A model generated the notes under the pieces. The model worked only from the letters and a program-made list of their open reading frames with translations. It had not been told where the DNA came from and made no database searches. A DNA stretch of 64,000 nucleotides. Source: Zancudomyces culisetae HAW-14-8. Its lineage: Eukaryota > Fungi > Kickxellomycota. Each line of letters starts with the position of its first letter. Within the stretch, counting starts at the first letter, position 1. Where the stretch lies: positions 682,001 through 746,000 of the forward strand of contig JBNJNM010000012.1 in assembly GCA_052426225.1 (NCBI GenBank), read 5' to 3'. Made by a program: the position numbers and the translations under genes. Of the stretch, positions 37,165 to 49,343 are shown in pieces.

Positions 37165-40100
37165 AGGGGGAGTTAAGCCTGGACCACACAAAGGATAAAA
37201 TCACTCCTCCTATTAAAATTTCCAAGGATTCAATTCACCACAATCTTAGTAGTCTCGCATATCCACAGCACGAACATCGTTTTTACTTCACAGTTATTAT
37301 TCACCTATCCAGTACAAAATTAATAAAAGTTTTAGCCATGATAGATTCAGGAGCCTCAGGCATTTTTATAGACTCTGATTTCGTCAAGAATAAAGGGATA
37401 CCAATCATAAAAAAACCCAACTCAGTACCGGTAGAATTTGTAGATGGAACTCAAATGACAGGGGGACCCATTACACATGAATCTAAACAGTTGTTACTCC
37501 AAGCCAACAGAACTCATTGGGAATACATAAAGTTTGAAATACTACCTAGCACTCATGCAGACATAATATTAGGGTTGCCATGGCTTGAAAAGCATCAACC
37601 AACAATACTATGGAAACAACGTATGATAAAATTTGAAAACACATACTGCCAGAAGAACTGCCAAAAGAAAACTGTATCCGTAACAACCAGAGTTAAATCA
37701 CCACCACGATTCGGACTTTCAGCACCAACATTCGGAGTCCAAGTAAACTTACCATCAGTACTACCACCAGCAACTTTGGAACAATCTACACAAGATTGTT
37801 TCAAAGTGAACCAACAGCCATATAACCAGATCTTAAACCAAGGATTCAATATTAGGAAACAAAATCATGATTACAAAATTAATCAGGATCTGGACCATAA
37901 TCAAATTAAGTATCAAGACATAACAAATGAAGCTGATACAGACCAAGACCAAAACCAAGACAACGACAACGACCAAAACCAAGACAATGACCAAGACCAA
38001 AACCAAAACCAAGACAATGACCAAGAACAAGACCAAGAAAATAACATAGACCAAGATCAGAAAAATATCATAGACCAAGACCAAGAAGTTAACCAAGACC
38101 AAGATCAGAAAAATAACATAGACCAAGATACCAAAGTCTACCATGACTATTACAACGCCAATCATAAGAACCAAGAAAAAGAGTATGACTACGAAAGAGA
38201 CCACGAAAATAAATATGGTTTTAACTTTGAAGAAAACAGTATTGCAGAATCCATAGACATAGCGAACATCAATGACGACCTAGAATCTGTCATCAGCGAA
38301 ATGGATAGCGTACACTCCTACAAAAATGTTATGGAATCTCAGTTTGAAAGCGCTTCAAAACCCATAATGCCCTCCGTTCTTCATAGCCCACCTCCACCAT
38401 CACCTCCACTCCCTGTTGAGCCAATACGTAAAAGAAGTTTTGAAAACGATATCAATTGCAGTTTGCCGCAAAAAAGGAGGAGAATGGTGGTTGCTCACAT
38501 AATTGGACTTATTAACCACATTCAAAATAAACAGTCACAACTAGACAGCAAAGTGGTACTTCCAGAAAAGTATCATGATCTCCAACAGGCATTTGATAAG
38601 CAACTAGCAGAACAACTCCCACCTCATCGGCAGTATGATTGCCCGATAGATCTTGTACCAAATGCTAAGATCCCTTTTGGACCTATATATTCTCTATCAC
38701 AGGTAGAACTGAAAGCACTGAGAGAGTACTTGGACGAAAACCTAGCGAAAGACTTCATAGTTCCATCGACTTCACCAGCGGGGGCACCGATACTGTTTGT
38801 CAAAAAAAAGGACGGATCCCTTCGACTTTGCGTCGATTATCGAGCGCTTAACAAAGTCACTGTCCGGAATAGGTATCCGCTCCCACTCATGACTGAACTG
38901 CTTGAAAGAGTCCAAGAGGCCAAAGTATTCACAAAACTGGACCTTAGAGGAGCATATAATCTAGTACGTATCAAGGATGGTGATCAATGGAAGACAGCTT
39001 TTAGAACCAGGTATGGCCATTTTCAGTATAATGTCATGCCTTTTGGGTTGGTTAATGCGCCAGCTACATTTCAACACTTTGTGAACGACATCTTCAAGGA
39101 CATACTAGAACAGTTTGTAGTCATTTATCTGGACGACATTCTGATCTTCTCCAAAGACTCCAACCAACATACCGATCATGTCCGCCAAGTATTGAAACGT
39201 CTTATCCAACATAAACTCTACGTCAAGTTGGAGAAATGCGAATTCGACAAGGACCATGTCGAATTCTTAGGATTCATAGTCAAGGCCACAGGTATTTCGA
39301 TGGACCCATCGCGCATCACAGCTATAAAAGAGTGGAAGGCGCCAAAATCAGTTAAAGAAATCCAAGTATTTCTGGGCTTTGCCAATTTTTATAGACGCTT
39401 TATCCAGGACTTTTCTAAAGTAGTGTCTCCAATAACTAAATTATTGAAAAAAGGGGTACAGTTTCTATGGACCCACACTCAACAGAATGCATTTGATAAG
39501 CTAAAGCAATGCTTTACAACAGCACCGATCCTTAAACACCCTAACCCAGATCTTCCATTCATACTAGAGTGCGACGCCTCTAACACAGCTTTAGGTGCAG
39601 TATTGTCACAGAACCATAACGGTAAAAACTATCCATGTGCTTTCTATTCCCGCACCTTGTCTCCAAACGAAATAAACTACAATATATATGATAAGGAACT
39701 CTTAGCCATAAAGGCATCTCTGGAACACTGGCGACATCATCTGGAAGGTGCTAATAATCCCGTAACAATAATCACCGATCATAAAAACTTGGAGTATTTT
39801 AAATCGGCCAAGATTCTTAATCAGCGACAGGCGAGATGGTCGCTGTTTCTATCACGATTTGACATCAATTTGCAATACAGGCCAGGAATTCAGAACGGAA
39901 AGGCAGACGCACTGTCACGAAGAGAGACTCTTAAGAGGGAAGTAGCAACCATGCAACTTGAGAACATACTCAGCCCGAACCACGTTGTAAATGCCATAAA
40001 CACTGAAAAAACCACTGACTTGCATACCCTTATTAAAAACGCTTTGCAAAGCGATACAGTGGCAAATGAATTGAAAATAAAAGCTAAAGACCCAAGCTCA

Positions 40101-41456
40101 CAGATAACAATAATAGACGATCTCATCCGATACAGAAACCTGATATACGTACCAGAGCCCCTCCGCATTAAAGTACTTGAATTGTTTCACGATTCGCCAC
40201 TAGCTGGTCATTTCGGCCGAGCAAAAACACACAGCCTCGTATCACGTAAATTTTGGTGGCCGAAGTTGAAGGACTTTGTTCAGGACTTCATTGACAGTTG
40301 CACTGTATGCAACAGGGCCAAGCATAGCTTAAGTAAGCCACGAGGACTATTGATGCCCCTGGATACACCTACAGGCCCCTGGAAGGCCGTATCGCTGGAC
40401 TTTATTGTCGAATTACCCAAATCCCAGGGTAATACAGTAGTGTTGGTAGTGGTAGACCGTCTAACTAAGATGGCCCACTTTATTCCAATTTGCTCAACAC
40501 CATCAGCTATTGAGACTGCTACAAAATTTATTAATCATGTTTTTAAACTACATGGTATGCCTCAGAGTATAGTGTCTGATAGGGGTCCACAGTTTGTTTC
40601 CAAGTTCTGGAAGGAACTCCTACGCCTGTTAAACATTAAATCACATCTGTCTTCAGCCTACCATCCACAGTCAGATGGTCAGACTGAAAGAGTTAACCAG
40701 ATACTTGAACAGTATCTCCGTTGTTTCATAAACTTTCAACAAGACAACTGGACTCAATTACTTCCCCTCGCTGAGTTTGCGTACAATAACGCTTCTCACG
40801 CTTCTACAGGTATCAGCCCTTTCCGTGCAAATTACGGATTTGACCCCGATCTATACTTGGACACATCATCAGATTCTAATGTTCCCATGGCTCTCGAATT
40901 TATTTCAAATCTCAAAGTTACCAATAACCTATTAAAATCTCGTCTCGACATAGCCAAGGAAACATACAAGAAATTTGCTGATAAGAAAAGAAGCGATTCT
41001 AGCGAGTTCAGACCTGGTGTCAAAGTTTGGCTGTCTCAAGCAAACCTCCCTTGTCAAAGACCATCGGCTAAGCTGGATTACAAATATACTGGGCCATTTA
41101 CCATTACTGAAATGGTTAACCCAGTTGCTGCTAGACTGGAACTACCACCTTCCATGAAAGTACATCCCGTCTTCCATGTTTCACTGCTCAAACTTGTCAA
41201 AGACGCTAAGATGACCTCACGATTACAACCGCCTCCACCTCCCATCACTATCAATGGACATGAGGAGTATATAGTTCGAGATATACTTGATTCTAAGATC
41301 GTGCGTGGAAAGTTGAAATACTTGATTGACTGGGACGGATATGGACCAGAAGATTGTACCTGGGAGGACTCGAAGGATGTTCACGCCTCACACTTAATCA
41401 AGCTGTTCCACATTAATAATCCTAACAAGCCAAGTAAACCCTTAAAGAGGATTTAA
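37140..41456 (+). CDS. Pol of element D (PR, RT, RNase H, IN, chromodomain), reached by -1 frameshift
   Basis: The -1 frame is open from G GGA AAC (37140-37146) into ORF 37338-41456: IDSGA, YLDD, CDAS, HHCC, SDRGPQF, QSDGQTE, GPF, and chromodomain EYIVRDILDS...YLIDWDGYGPEDCTWE. Confidence 0.93.
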   Translation, partial: GKQECSGLEGELSLDHTKDKITPPIKISKDSIHHNLSSLAYPQHEHRFYFTVIIHLSSTKLIKVLAMIDSGASGIFIDSDFVKNKGIPIIKKPNSVPVEFVDGTQMTGGPITHESKQLLLQANRTHWEYIKFEILPSTHADIILGLPWLEKHQPTILWKQRMIKFENTYCQKNCQKKTVSVTTRVKSPPRFGLSAPTFGVQVNLPSVLPPATLEQSTQDCFKVNQQPYNQILNQGFNIRKQNHDYKINQDLDHNQIKYQDITNEADTDQDQNQDNDNDQNQDNDQDQNQNQDNDQEQDQENNIDQDQKNIIDQDQEVNQDQDQKNNIDQDTKVYHDYYNANHKNQEKEYDYERDHENKYGFNFEENSIAESIDIANINDDLESVISEMDSVHSYKNVMESQFESASKPIMPSVLHSPPPPSPPLPVEPIRKRSFENDINCSLPQKRRRMVVAHIIGLINHIQNKQSQLDSKVVLPEKYHDLQQAFDKQLAEQLPPHRQYDCPIDLVPNAKIPFGPIYSLSQVELKALREYLDENLAKDFIVPSTSPAGAPILFVKKKDGSLRLCVDYRALNKVTVRNRYPLPLMTELLERVQEAKVFTKLDLRGAYNLVRIKDGDQWKTAFRTRYGHFQYNVMPFGLVNAPATFQHFVNDIFKDILEQFVVIYLDDILIFSKDSNQHTDHVRQVLKRLIQHKLYVKLEKCEFDKDHVEFLGFIVKATGISMDPSRITAIKEWKAPKSVKEIQVFLGFANFYRRFIQDFSKVVSPITKLLKKGVQFLWTHTQQNAFDKLKQCFTTAPILKHPNPDLPFILECDASNTALGAVLSQNHNGKNYPCAFYSRTLSPNEINYNIYDKELLAIKASLEHWRHHLEGANNPVTIITDHKNLEYFKSAKILNQRQARWSLFLSRFDINLQYRPGIQNGKADALSRRETLKREVATMQLENILSPNHVVNAINTEKTTDLHTLIKNALQSDTVANELKIKAKDPSSQITIIDDLIRYRNLIYVPEPLRIKVLELFHDSPLAGHFGRAKTHSLVSRKFWWPKLKDFVQDFIDSCTVCNRAKHSLSKPRGLLMPLDTPTGPWKAVSLDFIVELPKSQGNTVVLVVVDRLTKMAHFIPICSTPSAIETATKFINHVFKLHGMPQSIVSDRGPQFVSKFWKELLRLLNIKSHLSSAYHPQSDGQTERVNQILEQYLRCFINFQQDNWTQLLPLAEFAYNNASHASTGISPFRANYGFDPDLYLDTSSDSNVPMALEFISNLKVTNNLLKSRLDIAKETYKKFADKKRSDSSEFRPGVKVWLSQANLPCQRPSAKLDYKYTGPFTITEMVNPVAARLELPPSMKVHPVFHVSLLKLVKDAKMTSRLQPPPPPITINGHEEYIVRDILDSKIVRGKLKYLIDWDGYGPEDCTWEDSKDVHASHLIKLFHINNPNKPSKPLKRI

Positions 41457-41870
41457 GACTGGGGTGATGTCATGATCCAATCATGTCATTAATTTAATTG
41501 GTTAAATTTTCAGTAACTTTTTTTTGTTCAATTATTTTAGTATTTAGGAAATTAAGATTTTATTGCTTTTGAATCTTTAGCAATAAAATATTAATATAAT
41601 AATTTAACTAATAAGTACTTGGGTATAACACTCATGACAATACTGAAACTAAACTTCTTTAAACTAAAACAATAAATTACTATTAAAATTATATGACTAA
41701 CAAACGTTTGTATTGCGACACTATGAGTCATCAGAAAAAACTAGATGTTGTTATTTTCATCGATAGTGAAAAAAACTGATCCTCATTAGTTATCGCAAAC
41801 TAATAATTTGACTGTTTGCATGATGACTAATTAATTTGTCATCATGCTCTTCTGCCCACTATATGATATT

Positions 41871-43729
41871 TGTCGTGAATGTGATTCTATGAATTTTTCC
41901 CACTGGGTTTTACAAGAGAATAACATCGACATATTTCGATAAATTAATGAAGTAAATTCTTCAATTATTATATCGAAATTTATCGATGTGAAACTCGATG
42001 ACCATCTCATCTAGTTTCACATTCATTCTTAATATTCTATTAGTCAATAGTTATCTAATTTAGTAATTAGTTAACTATGTTAGTCATTATTTATCTATAT
42101 TACTCATTAGTTATCCAAATTAGTAATCTTACGTTTCGAATTAGTCAGCAAGCTTTGGATATATTTACATATTTATTATATCGTTATTAAGATTTACTTT
42201 TAGGATTGAAGTAAGAATTTATATATAAACTGTCCGAAAAACCGACATAAATAAAATCATCATCTACCCATTCATAATCAAAAGTGTCAGCTTTTATATC
42301 TAGCATGACAAAATTGGAGCCCAAAGCGGGGGATACACAAAAAACTATATAAAATATATCTTACATATTTATATTCTTATAATCGGAGCAAGCCGTACCA
42401 TCGGCAAAGCAAAAGAACTACAGACGTGCACAGGAGCAGGATCACAGGATGCAGCACAATTCATCAGAAGATATGAGCTGTACGCCAAAAGTCTGGGTTG
42501 GGAGGAAGAGGACAGATCAGATTTTCTAGAGTTATATCTAGATAACAGAGCACTAAGTTGGTTTATAAGAAACTAGGACACATGGACAACTTGGCAGGTG
42601 ATCAAAGAAAGTTTTATAGATAAATTTGACAATGCAGAATCTGATTTAAAATACTGGCAAGAGCTTTTAAAGACTACACAAAGAGAAAATGAAGAACTTG
42701 ATGAATTCCTACCTAGGCTAGAAAGACTATTCCAGAAATCACAAACAAACGATGAGGCAGTTCAGCTCAAATGCCTCTTAACATCTATTTTACCTACTTA
42801 TCAAAAGCTAATATTAAGAAGTGGATCAGAAACCTATGACGAAGCAGTTGAAATCGCATTGAAGCGCGAACAGATAAATCAAAGATATGGAATAATAGCT
42901 GAAAATGACGAAACTATTTCAATCAATCAAAGGGATCAAAAACTATATAAAATGTAAGAAGAATTAAGATCTCTCTCCAAAAGCCTTGACGCCTTATTAT
43001 ACAAGTTTGCGGAAACCGAAACTAAACAAAAACCAAAAGATGCGTTCAACGAGGAAGTAAAATGTTATAAATGCAATAACATCGGACATTATGCAAGTAA
43101 CTGCAAGACAGAAATCAAATACAATACTGATTATAAACAAATAAACACAATGAAATTGAAAAAGAGAGTAATGAGGACATCCAAGGAGAATGGAAACTAC
43201 TTATAGTTATAGAGAAGAGAAAAATATTGGAAAGCCACAATGGAAATAACAAGAAACCCAAAAACAATGGTGATATTGTCAATGCGGCTTATACAGCTAA
43301 TGCAGTGAAGCCAATCACTTATTGGATAAAGGAAGACATACTGAAATGAAGACCTAACATCACTTTCGAACAGCTTCTAAAAACAGCACCATCCATAAAA
43401 AGGGAACTAATTGGGATGTTGACACCACCATCACCAAGCCACACAGTTAATACACTTGAGCAGGAGCAGATGGCCAATTTTAACATTTCAGTCTTGATTA
43501 AGGGCAAAACCCTAGATGCTGTAGTCGATACAGGGGCTGCGGTTTGCGTTATATCGAAACATCTGGTTAAGGAATTGGGGATACGTTTCACCAAAGGAGC
43601 CAAGGAAGTTATCATAACTGCAGATGGTACAAAGCACAAAGCGTTAGGAAACGTCTACAAACTTCCCATCTATATTCATGGACACCCATACCTTACGGAT
43701 CTATTAATAATGTAAGGAAACACTAGATA
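41871..43729 (+). mobile_element. Decayed X-family Ty3/gypsy element: 5' LTR, PBS, gag and protease, interrupted by Tc1
   Basis: LTR 41871-42310; PBS TGGAGCCCAAAGCGGGG at 42315-42331 (tRNA-Lys-like 3' end); gag fragments with stops, CYKCNNIGHYASNC and VVDTGAA. Confidence 0.85.
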
Positions 43730-45305
43730 CAGTGACTCAAAAAATTGTTCAAAAGTTTTTGATGTTCATTCAAAAATTATTATATCTCACAAACATTATA
43801 TCGTATCACTATAAATTTTACAAATATTATTCATCCATATACCATGTATAAATATCATATTATTAAAATACTTAAACCAGCCAATCAACTGTTGTTATAC
43901 TTTTTGTAAAAATATTTTATTAGAACAATTTTTTGGTTTTTAATTAAAATTAGTAATTTTGATAATATCTTTTTCATAATGTTAGCTATCATTATAAAAA
44001 TTTATATGTTACTAGTTATAATTCACAATGATCTACTCAATACATTTAGTTTAGAAATATAAATTTTTGATCAATTTAAATACGATGAAAAAACTCAATA
44101 ATGGATAAGCATATAGCCAAATACAAATATACTATCTATTAGTAAATAGACAATATCTACATAAAAAAAAAGTATTGTCCATCAATAAAAAATATATCAC
44201 CTGGCAGCCCAAATAAATTGACAAAAGCAAATGAACGATTAATAATTCGGAAAGTTACGTCTGGACAATTTGATACAGCGACAGATTCTACAAAATTTCT
44301 CAAGGATAATGGCCTCGTATCTGTGGTTCCTCAAACAGTGCGGAATAGCTTGAAAAAATATGGTTTAAGTGCAAAACCTAAGGTCAAATAACCTATGCTA
44401 AAATTAGGCCATATTTAACAACGAATTGCATTTGCTAAAAAATATCAGCATTGCACTGTAGAAGCCTGGAAACGTGTGATATGGTCTGACAAGACTAAAA
44501 TTAACAGATTTACGTCAGATGGGCGCATGTGATGCTGGAAAAAACAATGGAGCCAGTTAAAACCGAACCATGTTAAAAAAACTATAAAACATGGTGGAGG
44601 TTCAATCATGATATGGGGATGCATGACATCAGAAGGCTCAGGCTATCTTACTATAATTGATTGCGGACTTAATGCAGAATTGTACTGTGATATTCTTGAA
44701 GACGAACTGGTAAAATCAATGGAGAGGTACGACTTAGACAGGGAATGTACAATTTTTCAGCATGATAACGATCCAAAACACACCGTGATAATTACTAAAG
44801 AATGGTTGCAAACTAACTCGATTCAGGCGCTTGACTGGCCAGCGCAGTCACCTGACCTAAATCCAACTGAACATCTACGGGTCAACTTGAAAAGACGGCT
44901 ATCAAATCACGAAAATGCACCAAAAGGGATAAACGAACTTTGGGACCGCGTACAAGACGATTGGAATAATATATCACGTGACGAGTGTATATCGCTAATC
45001 AGTAGCATGCCAACAAGAATAAATGCTGTATTGAAAGCCAGGGGTGGATATACTAAATACTAGTTTAATTAAGTTTATAAATTTTTATAATTTTAGCAAA
45101 AAAAATTGTTCAAATAAAATATTATTACAAAAAGTATAACTACAGTTGATTGGCTAGTTCAAGTAGTCTGAAAATTTGATAGGTTATACATGGTATATGG
45201 ATGTATAATGATTGTAAAATTTATAGTGATACGATATAGAATTCGTGTGATATTCTAATTTTTTAATGAACATCAAAACCATTTGAACAAATAATTGAGT
45301 ATCTG
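43730..45305 (+). mobile_element. Tc1/mariner DD34E DNA transposon 1, pseudogenised
   Basis: TA|CAGTG start, ~210-bp degenerate TIRs, WSDKTKINRF, GGSIMIWG, FQHDNDPKH, SPDLNPTE; several stops. Confidence 0.92.
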
Positions 45306-46075
45306 AATATTAAAAAACATCACTATAAGATATTATCTAGAAATTATATTATTATTAAATACATAGAGTAATATAATTTATTTACTCAAAGCGTAATATT
45401 ATAAATTTTTCCAGAAACTAATAACGAAAAAAAAATTTTATTTACAATACCGCGAATAATGACTGGAGAGTGAATGAAAAGATTATAAGCACTAACAGTG
45501 AGAGTTCGGAATCTAACTGCAGATACAAAATTGTGTTAGAGGAGCTTCAATCGTACTACGAGGTACATAAAAATAAAATCATTATTATAGCCAACAAGTT
45601 AGGCTACCTAGACATACAGATAGCGCAATACTTAACAAAAATTGATGACATAATTAATCTAGGTTCAGTAAGATTGGACAAAGAATACCAATAATATGGG
45701 AGTTTAAAATGAAATCTTTAATTATCTAATAGACTCAGGAGTAACACGAGCTTTATCGATGATAGTTTAGTGTCAAAATTAAAATTAACAAGAGTACTAA
45801 CAACCAAGAGAATATATAAAACGGAGAACGGTATAGATAACGTAAGTGCGAAAATAGTCAACACTGATCAATTGGATGGAGTATTATTACCAGTAAAAGC
45901 TATGTGTTCAAATTAGACTTTTTCTACATTATTTTAGGTTTTGATTTTTGGAAAGATACAGACTTAGCTACAATCATGAAAAATATAGTTGGTACTTATT
46001 TTATACAATATTAAATATTAAATTATCCTAAACACAATATAATATTTGTAAAAACAAAGTTTCAAAACTAATATA

Positions 46076-47640
46076 CAGTGAGTTTCAAAAATGTCTCAAA
46101 ATATTGAAAATAATTTTCAAAGTGTAATATCTCGCTCAATAATATCCAGAAATTATATGTTTTTTATATTATAAAATGCACAAATGTTATATGTTAATTT
46201 TATATAAACTGTAAATTAATTGGATAAAAATTCATTATGAAATTTTAAATTGAAAAAATTTTAAAAATGAGACAATTTTGGGAATTTTTCAAAAAAAAAA
46301 TTTAAACTATCATAACTTTATGATTCAAACTTATAAATTTTTAAACTTTTACATATAATAATAATATAATTGTTATACTAATCAAAATAATAATTTTTTA
46401 AAAAATGATATCTGAACAACGTAAACTGGATATTAAAAACGCGTTACTTGAAGGCAGAGGCATTGACCAAATCATTATAGAAAATGGAGTTAGTAAAGCA
46501 ACAATATACAGAATAAAAGCAGCAATGAATATCAATTTACAGGCTAATAAACGCGGTCGTCCAGCGAAGCTTTCACCCCAAAGCAAGCGAATATGTACTA
46601 GGATGATATTATCTGGAATGTATCGAACTGCTACTTCGATACAAAAGAAATTAGAAATTGATAATATTGTTTGTGCAAGTGAGTTTACAATATATAGGGC
46701 TTTTAATGATTTAAAAGCCGTTGCAAAAAAGAAGGCATCCAAACCGAAACTGAGCCTTAAAAATATTGCAAAAAGGTTGAGATTCGCAAAATCTCATCGC
46801 CACTGGACTACTGATGAATGGAGGCGAGTAATTTGGTCCGACAAAACTAAAATCAACCGATTTGGATCTGATGGAAATGAATGGACTTGGGTTCGTGATG
46901 GTGTGAGTCTACAGCCGCACAATATTAACCAGACCGTAAAACACGCTGGAGGATTATTAATGATTTGGGGATGCATCACAGCATTTGGAACTGGCTACAT
47001 GTGCCGAATAGAAGGAATGTAAAACAAGGAAGATTATTTATACATTTTAAAAGACGAGCTTAGCAATACAATAAAGTACTACAAGTTGGATCCCAAGTCA
47101 ATAATATTTCAACATGACAATGATCCTAAACATACCGCAAAGTTAGTTACCAGCTGGCTTGAAAACCAGGAATATAATACATTGGACTGGCCGCCACAAT
47201 CTCCAGACTTAAACCCAATCAAAACTATATGGGCAATCATCAAAAGACGCCTAAATAGATACAGTAAACCTCCGTCCGGGATGATCGAATTATGGGAGCG
47301 AATAGAAACGGAATGGAATTTAATTTCAGTGGAAACAATACTTGGTCTTATAAATAGTATGCTCAAAAGTGTTGAGGCAGTTATCAAGTCTAAAGGAAGG
47401 TGGACAGAATTATAAAGTTTTTTTTTGAAAAATTCCCAAAATTGTCTCATTTTTAAAATTTTTTCAGTTTATAATTTTATAATGAATTTTTAACCAATAA
47501 TGATACTAAAAATATATAATTAAATTATACCAATTGTGCATTATAGCATATAAAATTATCTAATATCTGGATTTTATTGAGCGAGATATTACACTTTGAA
47601 AATTATTATCATTATTTTGAGACATTTTTGAAACTCACTG
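46076..47640 (+). mobile_element. Tc1/mariner DD34E DNA transposon 2, pseudogenised
   Basis: TA TSD on both sides, ~220-bp TIRs (CAGTGAGTTTCAAAAATGTCTC...). Transposase 46405-47415 has one in-frame TAA and catalytic E changed to K (SPDLNPIK). Confidence 0.95.
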
Positions 47641-47939
47641 TAACTACAATAAATAACTAGGCATGAAACAAAACAGCACAACTCAATATTAAATTAAATT
47701 GATAATGAGTTGGGGGTTGGGAAATTGAAATAGAATGAGAACCAATTTTGGTTTACCATAAATGTGGATAATTTCCTTTTTTCTCAAAAGTGGTTAATTT
47801 TGATTTTACCCAAGTTGATTTTAATTTTGGTATATTTTTCCCCAAAAACGAAATAATTTTGGGTTTCCCCAAAATGTCATGATTAAATCATACTATAATA
47901 TAAATATGGGTAGTATAATGTAACATTATTGGCTGTTAC

Positions 47940-48540
47940 AGTGGTCGACTATTTAGCATAAATAAGGTGATTATCAAAGACAAATACCCAATACCGAGAA
48001 TAGATGAAAGCTTCGACAAACTAGCATGAGCAAGGTTTTTTTCAGCGTTAGACTTGAAAAGTGGATATCATCAGATTAGAATGGAAACGAATTCAGTTGA
48101 AAAAACATCATTCATAACTAGATATGAAAGTTACGAATATATAGCAATGATTTTCGGACTGTGTAATGCACCGAGCACTTTCCAAAGGCTAATGAACAAT
48201 ATTTTAAGAGAATACTTAGATCAATTCGTACTTGTATACTTAGATGATATATTGATTTATTCAAAAACGATGGAAGAGCACGAATTACATCTAAAATTAG
48301 TATTAAACAAGTATCTTAACACAAGTTGATTAAATCTAGAAAAATGTAGCTTTGGAGTAAAAAAGATCATATTCATAGGACATCAAATAACAATGGTAGT
48401 ATTAGTCCATGTAAAGCTAAAGTAGAAGAAATAGTCTAATGGGAACAACCGAATTTTATTCGACAACTATTAGGATTTTTAAGATTAAGCAACTATTTTA
48501 GGAAGTTTATTGCAGGCTTCGCAAACATGGCAAAACAAAT
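47940..48540 (+). pseudogene. Ty3/gypsy reverse transcriptase relic
   Basis: YPIPRID, LDLKSGYHQIR, FGLCNAPSTFQR and YLDD, with stops. Confidence 0.85.
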
Positions 48541-49343
48541 TAAAACTTTAGTTTGTTAGATACAAAAATATCTCATTAATATTGCTATTAACAATACTAC
48601 TGTCATAAACTAATATTTAACAGTTTCAATTTAAATCAACAAATAATATCAAACATGATTTGGATGAATCAGAATTATGATTTTAAACATGTTTAATATT
48701 GAAACTAACCAAAACACTACTTTACTTTAAATAGTTCATTAAATTTAACTACTTTCTATTAATGCAACATTTTAGTCTTTAATATTAAATTTATATATTA
48801 CAAACAATTAGTTTAAATAGCATTTTTTATATCTTCAGAAAAACTTATCTGACAAGTGTCAACAATAAATATATTTTATAGCAGTACTTAATAATCACCA
48901 AATTACACCACAATAAACAAGCTCATGACAAATACCACAAAGTTAGCTTCAGCATGTTATTATTAATTTTTTAATTAACACAATCAGAAATGGAATATTC
49001 AATCTAATAAACTTAATCCAATGTTTAAGAGATTGAAAAGCTTGATTTCTCATTAAATAAATCTGTCCCATTGCATCATCACGTTTGAACTAAAACTATT
49101 ATAACCAATTAATAATACTATATAAACCAATTGTTTATATAAATAGATAATATCAAATGAATTATCACATATGTAAACACATAAATACAAATGTAACGTC
49201 AATACTATTAATAATATTTAATGTATTACGGTTTTAATTTAATGAAACATCGCTACGATGAATCAGATGATACAAACATCATATTGTTGTAAATAATGTA
49301 TGAATATACATTATTGTTATGAAACTTGTGTATTCACTAATTG

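Larger units (their letters stand above)
36081..41639 (+). mobile_element. Intact chromovirus (Tf1/sushi-like Ty3/gypsy) element D
   Basis: Identical 172-bp LTRs (36081-36252, 41468-41639), 5-bp TSD ATACT, self-complementary PBS, intact gag and pol. Confidence 0.97.
35883..41702. mobile_element. Probable solo LTR H split by element D
   Basis: Starts TGTTAT at 35883 and continues after D's TSD to ...CTAACA. The right end is uncertain. Confidence 0.5.
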
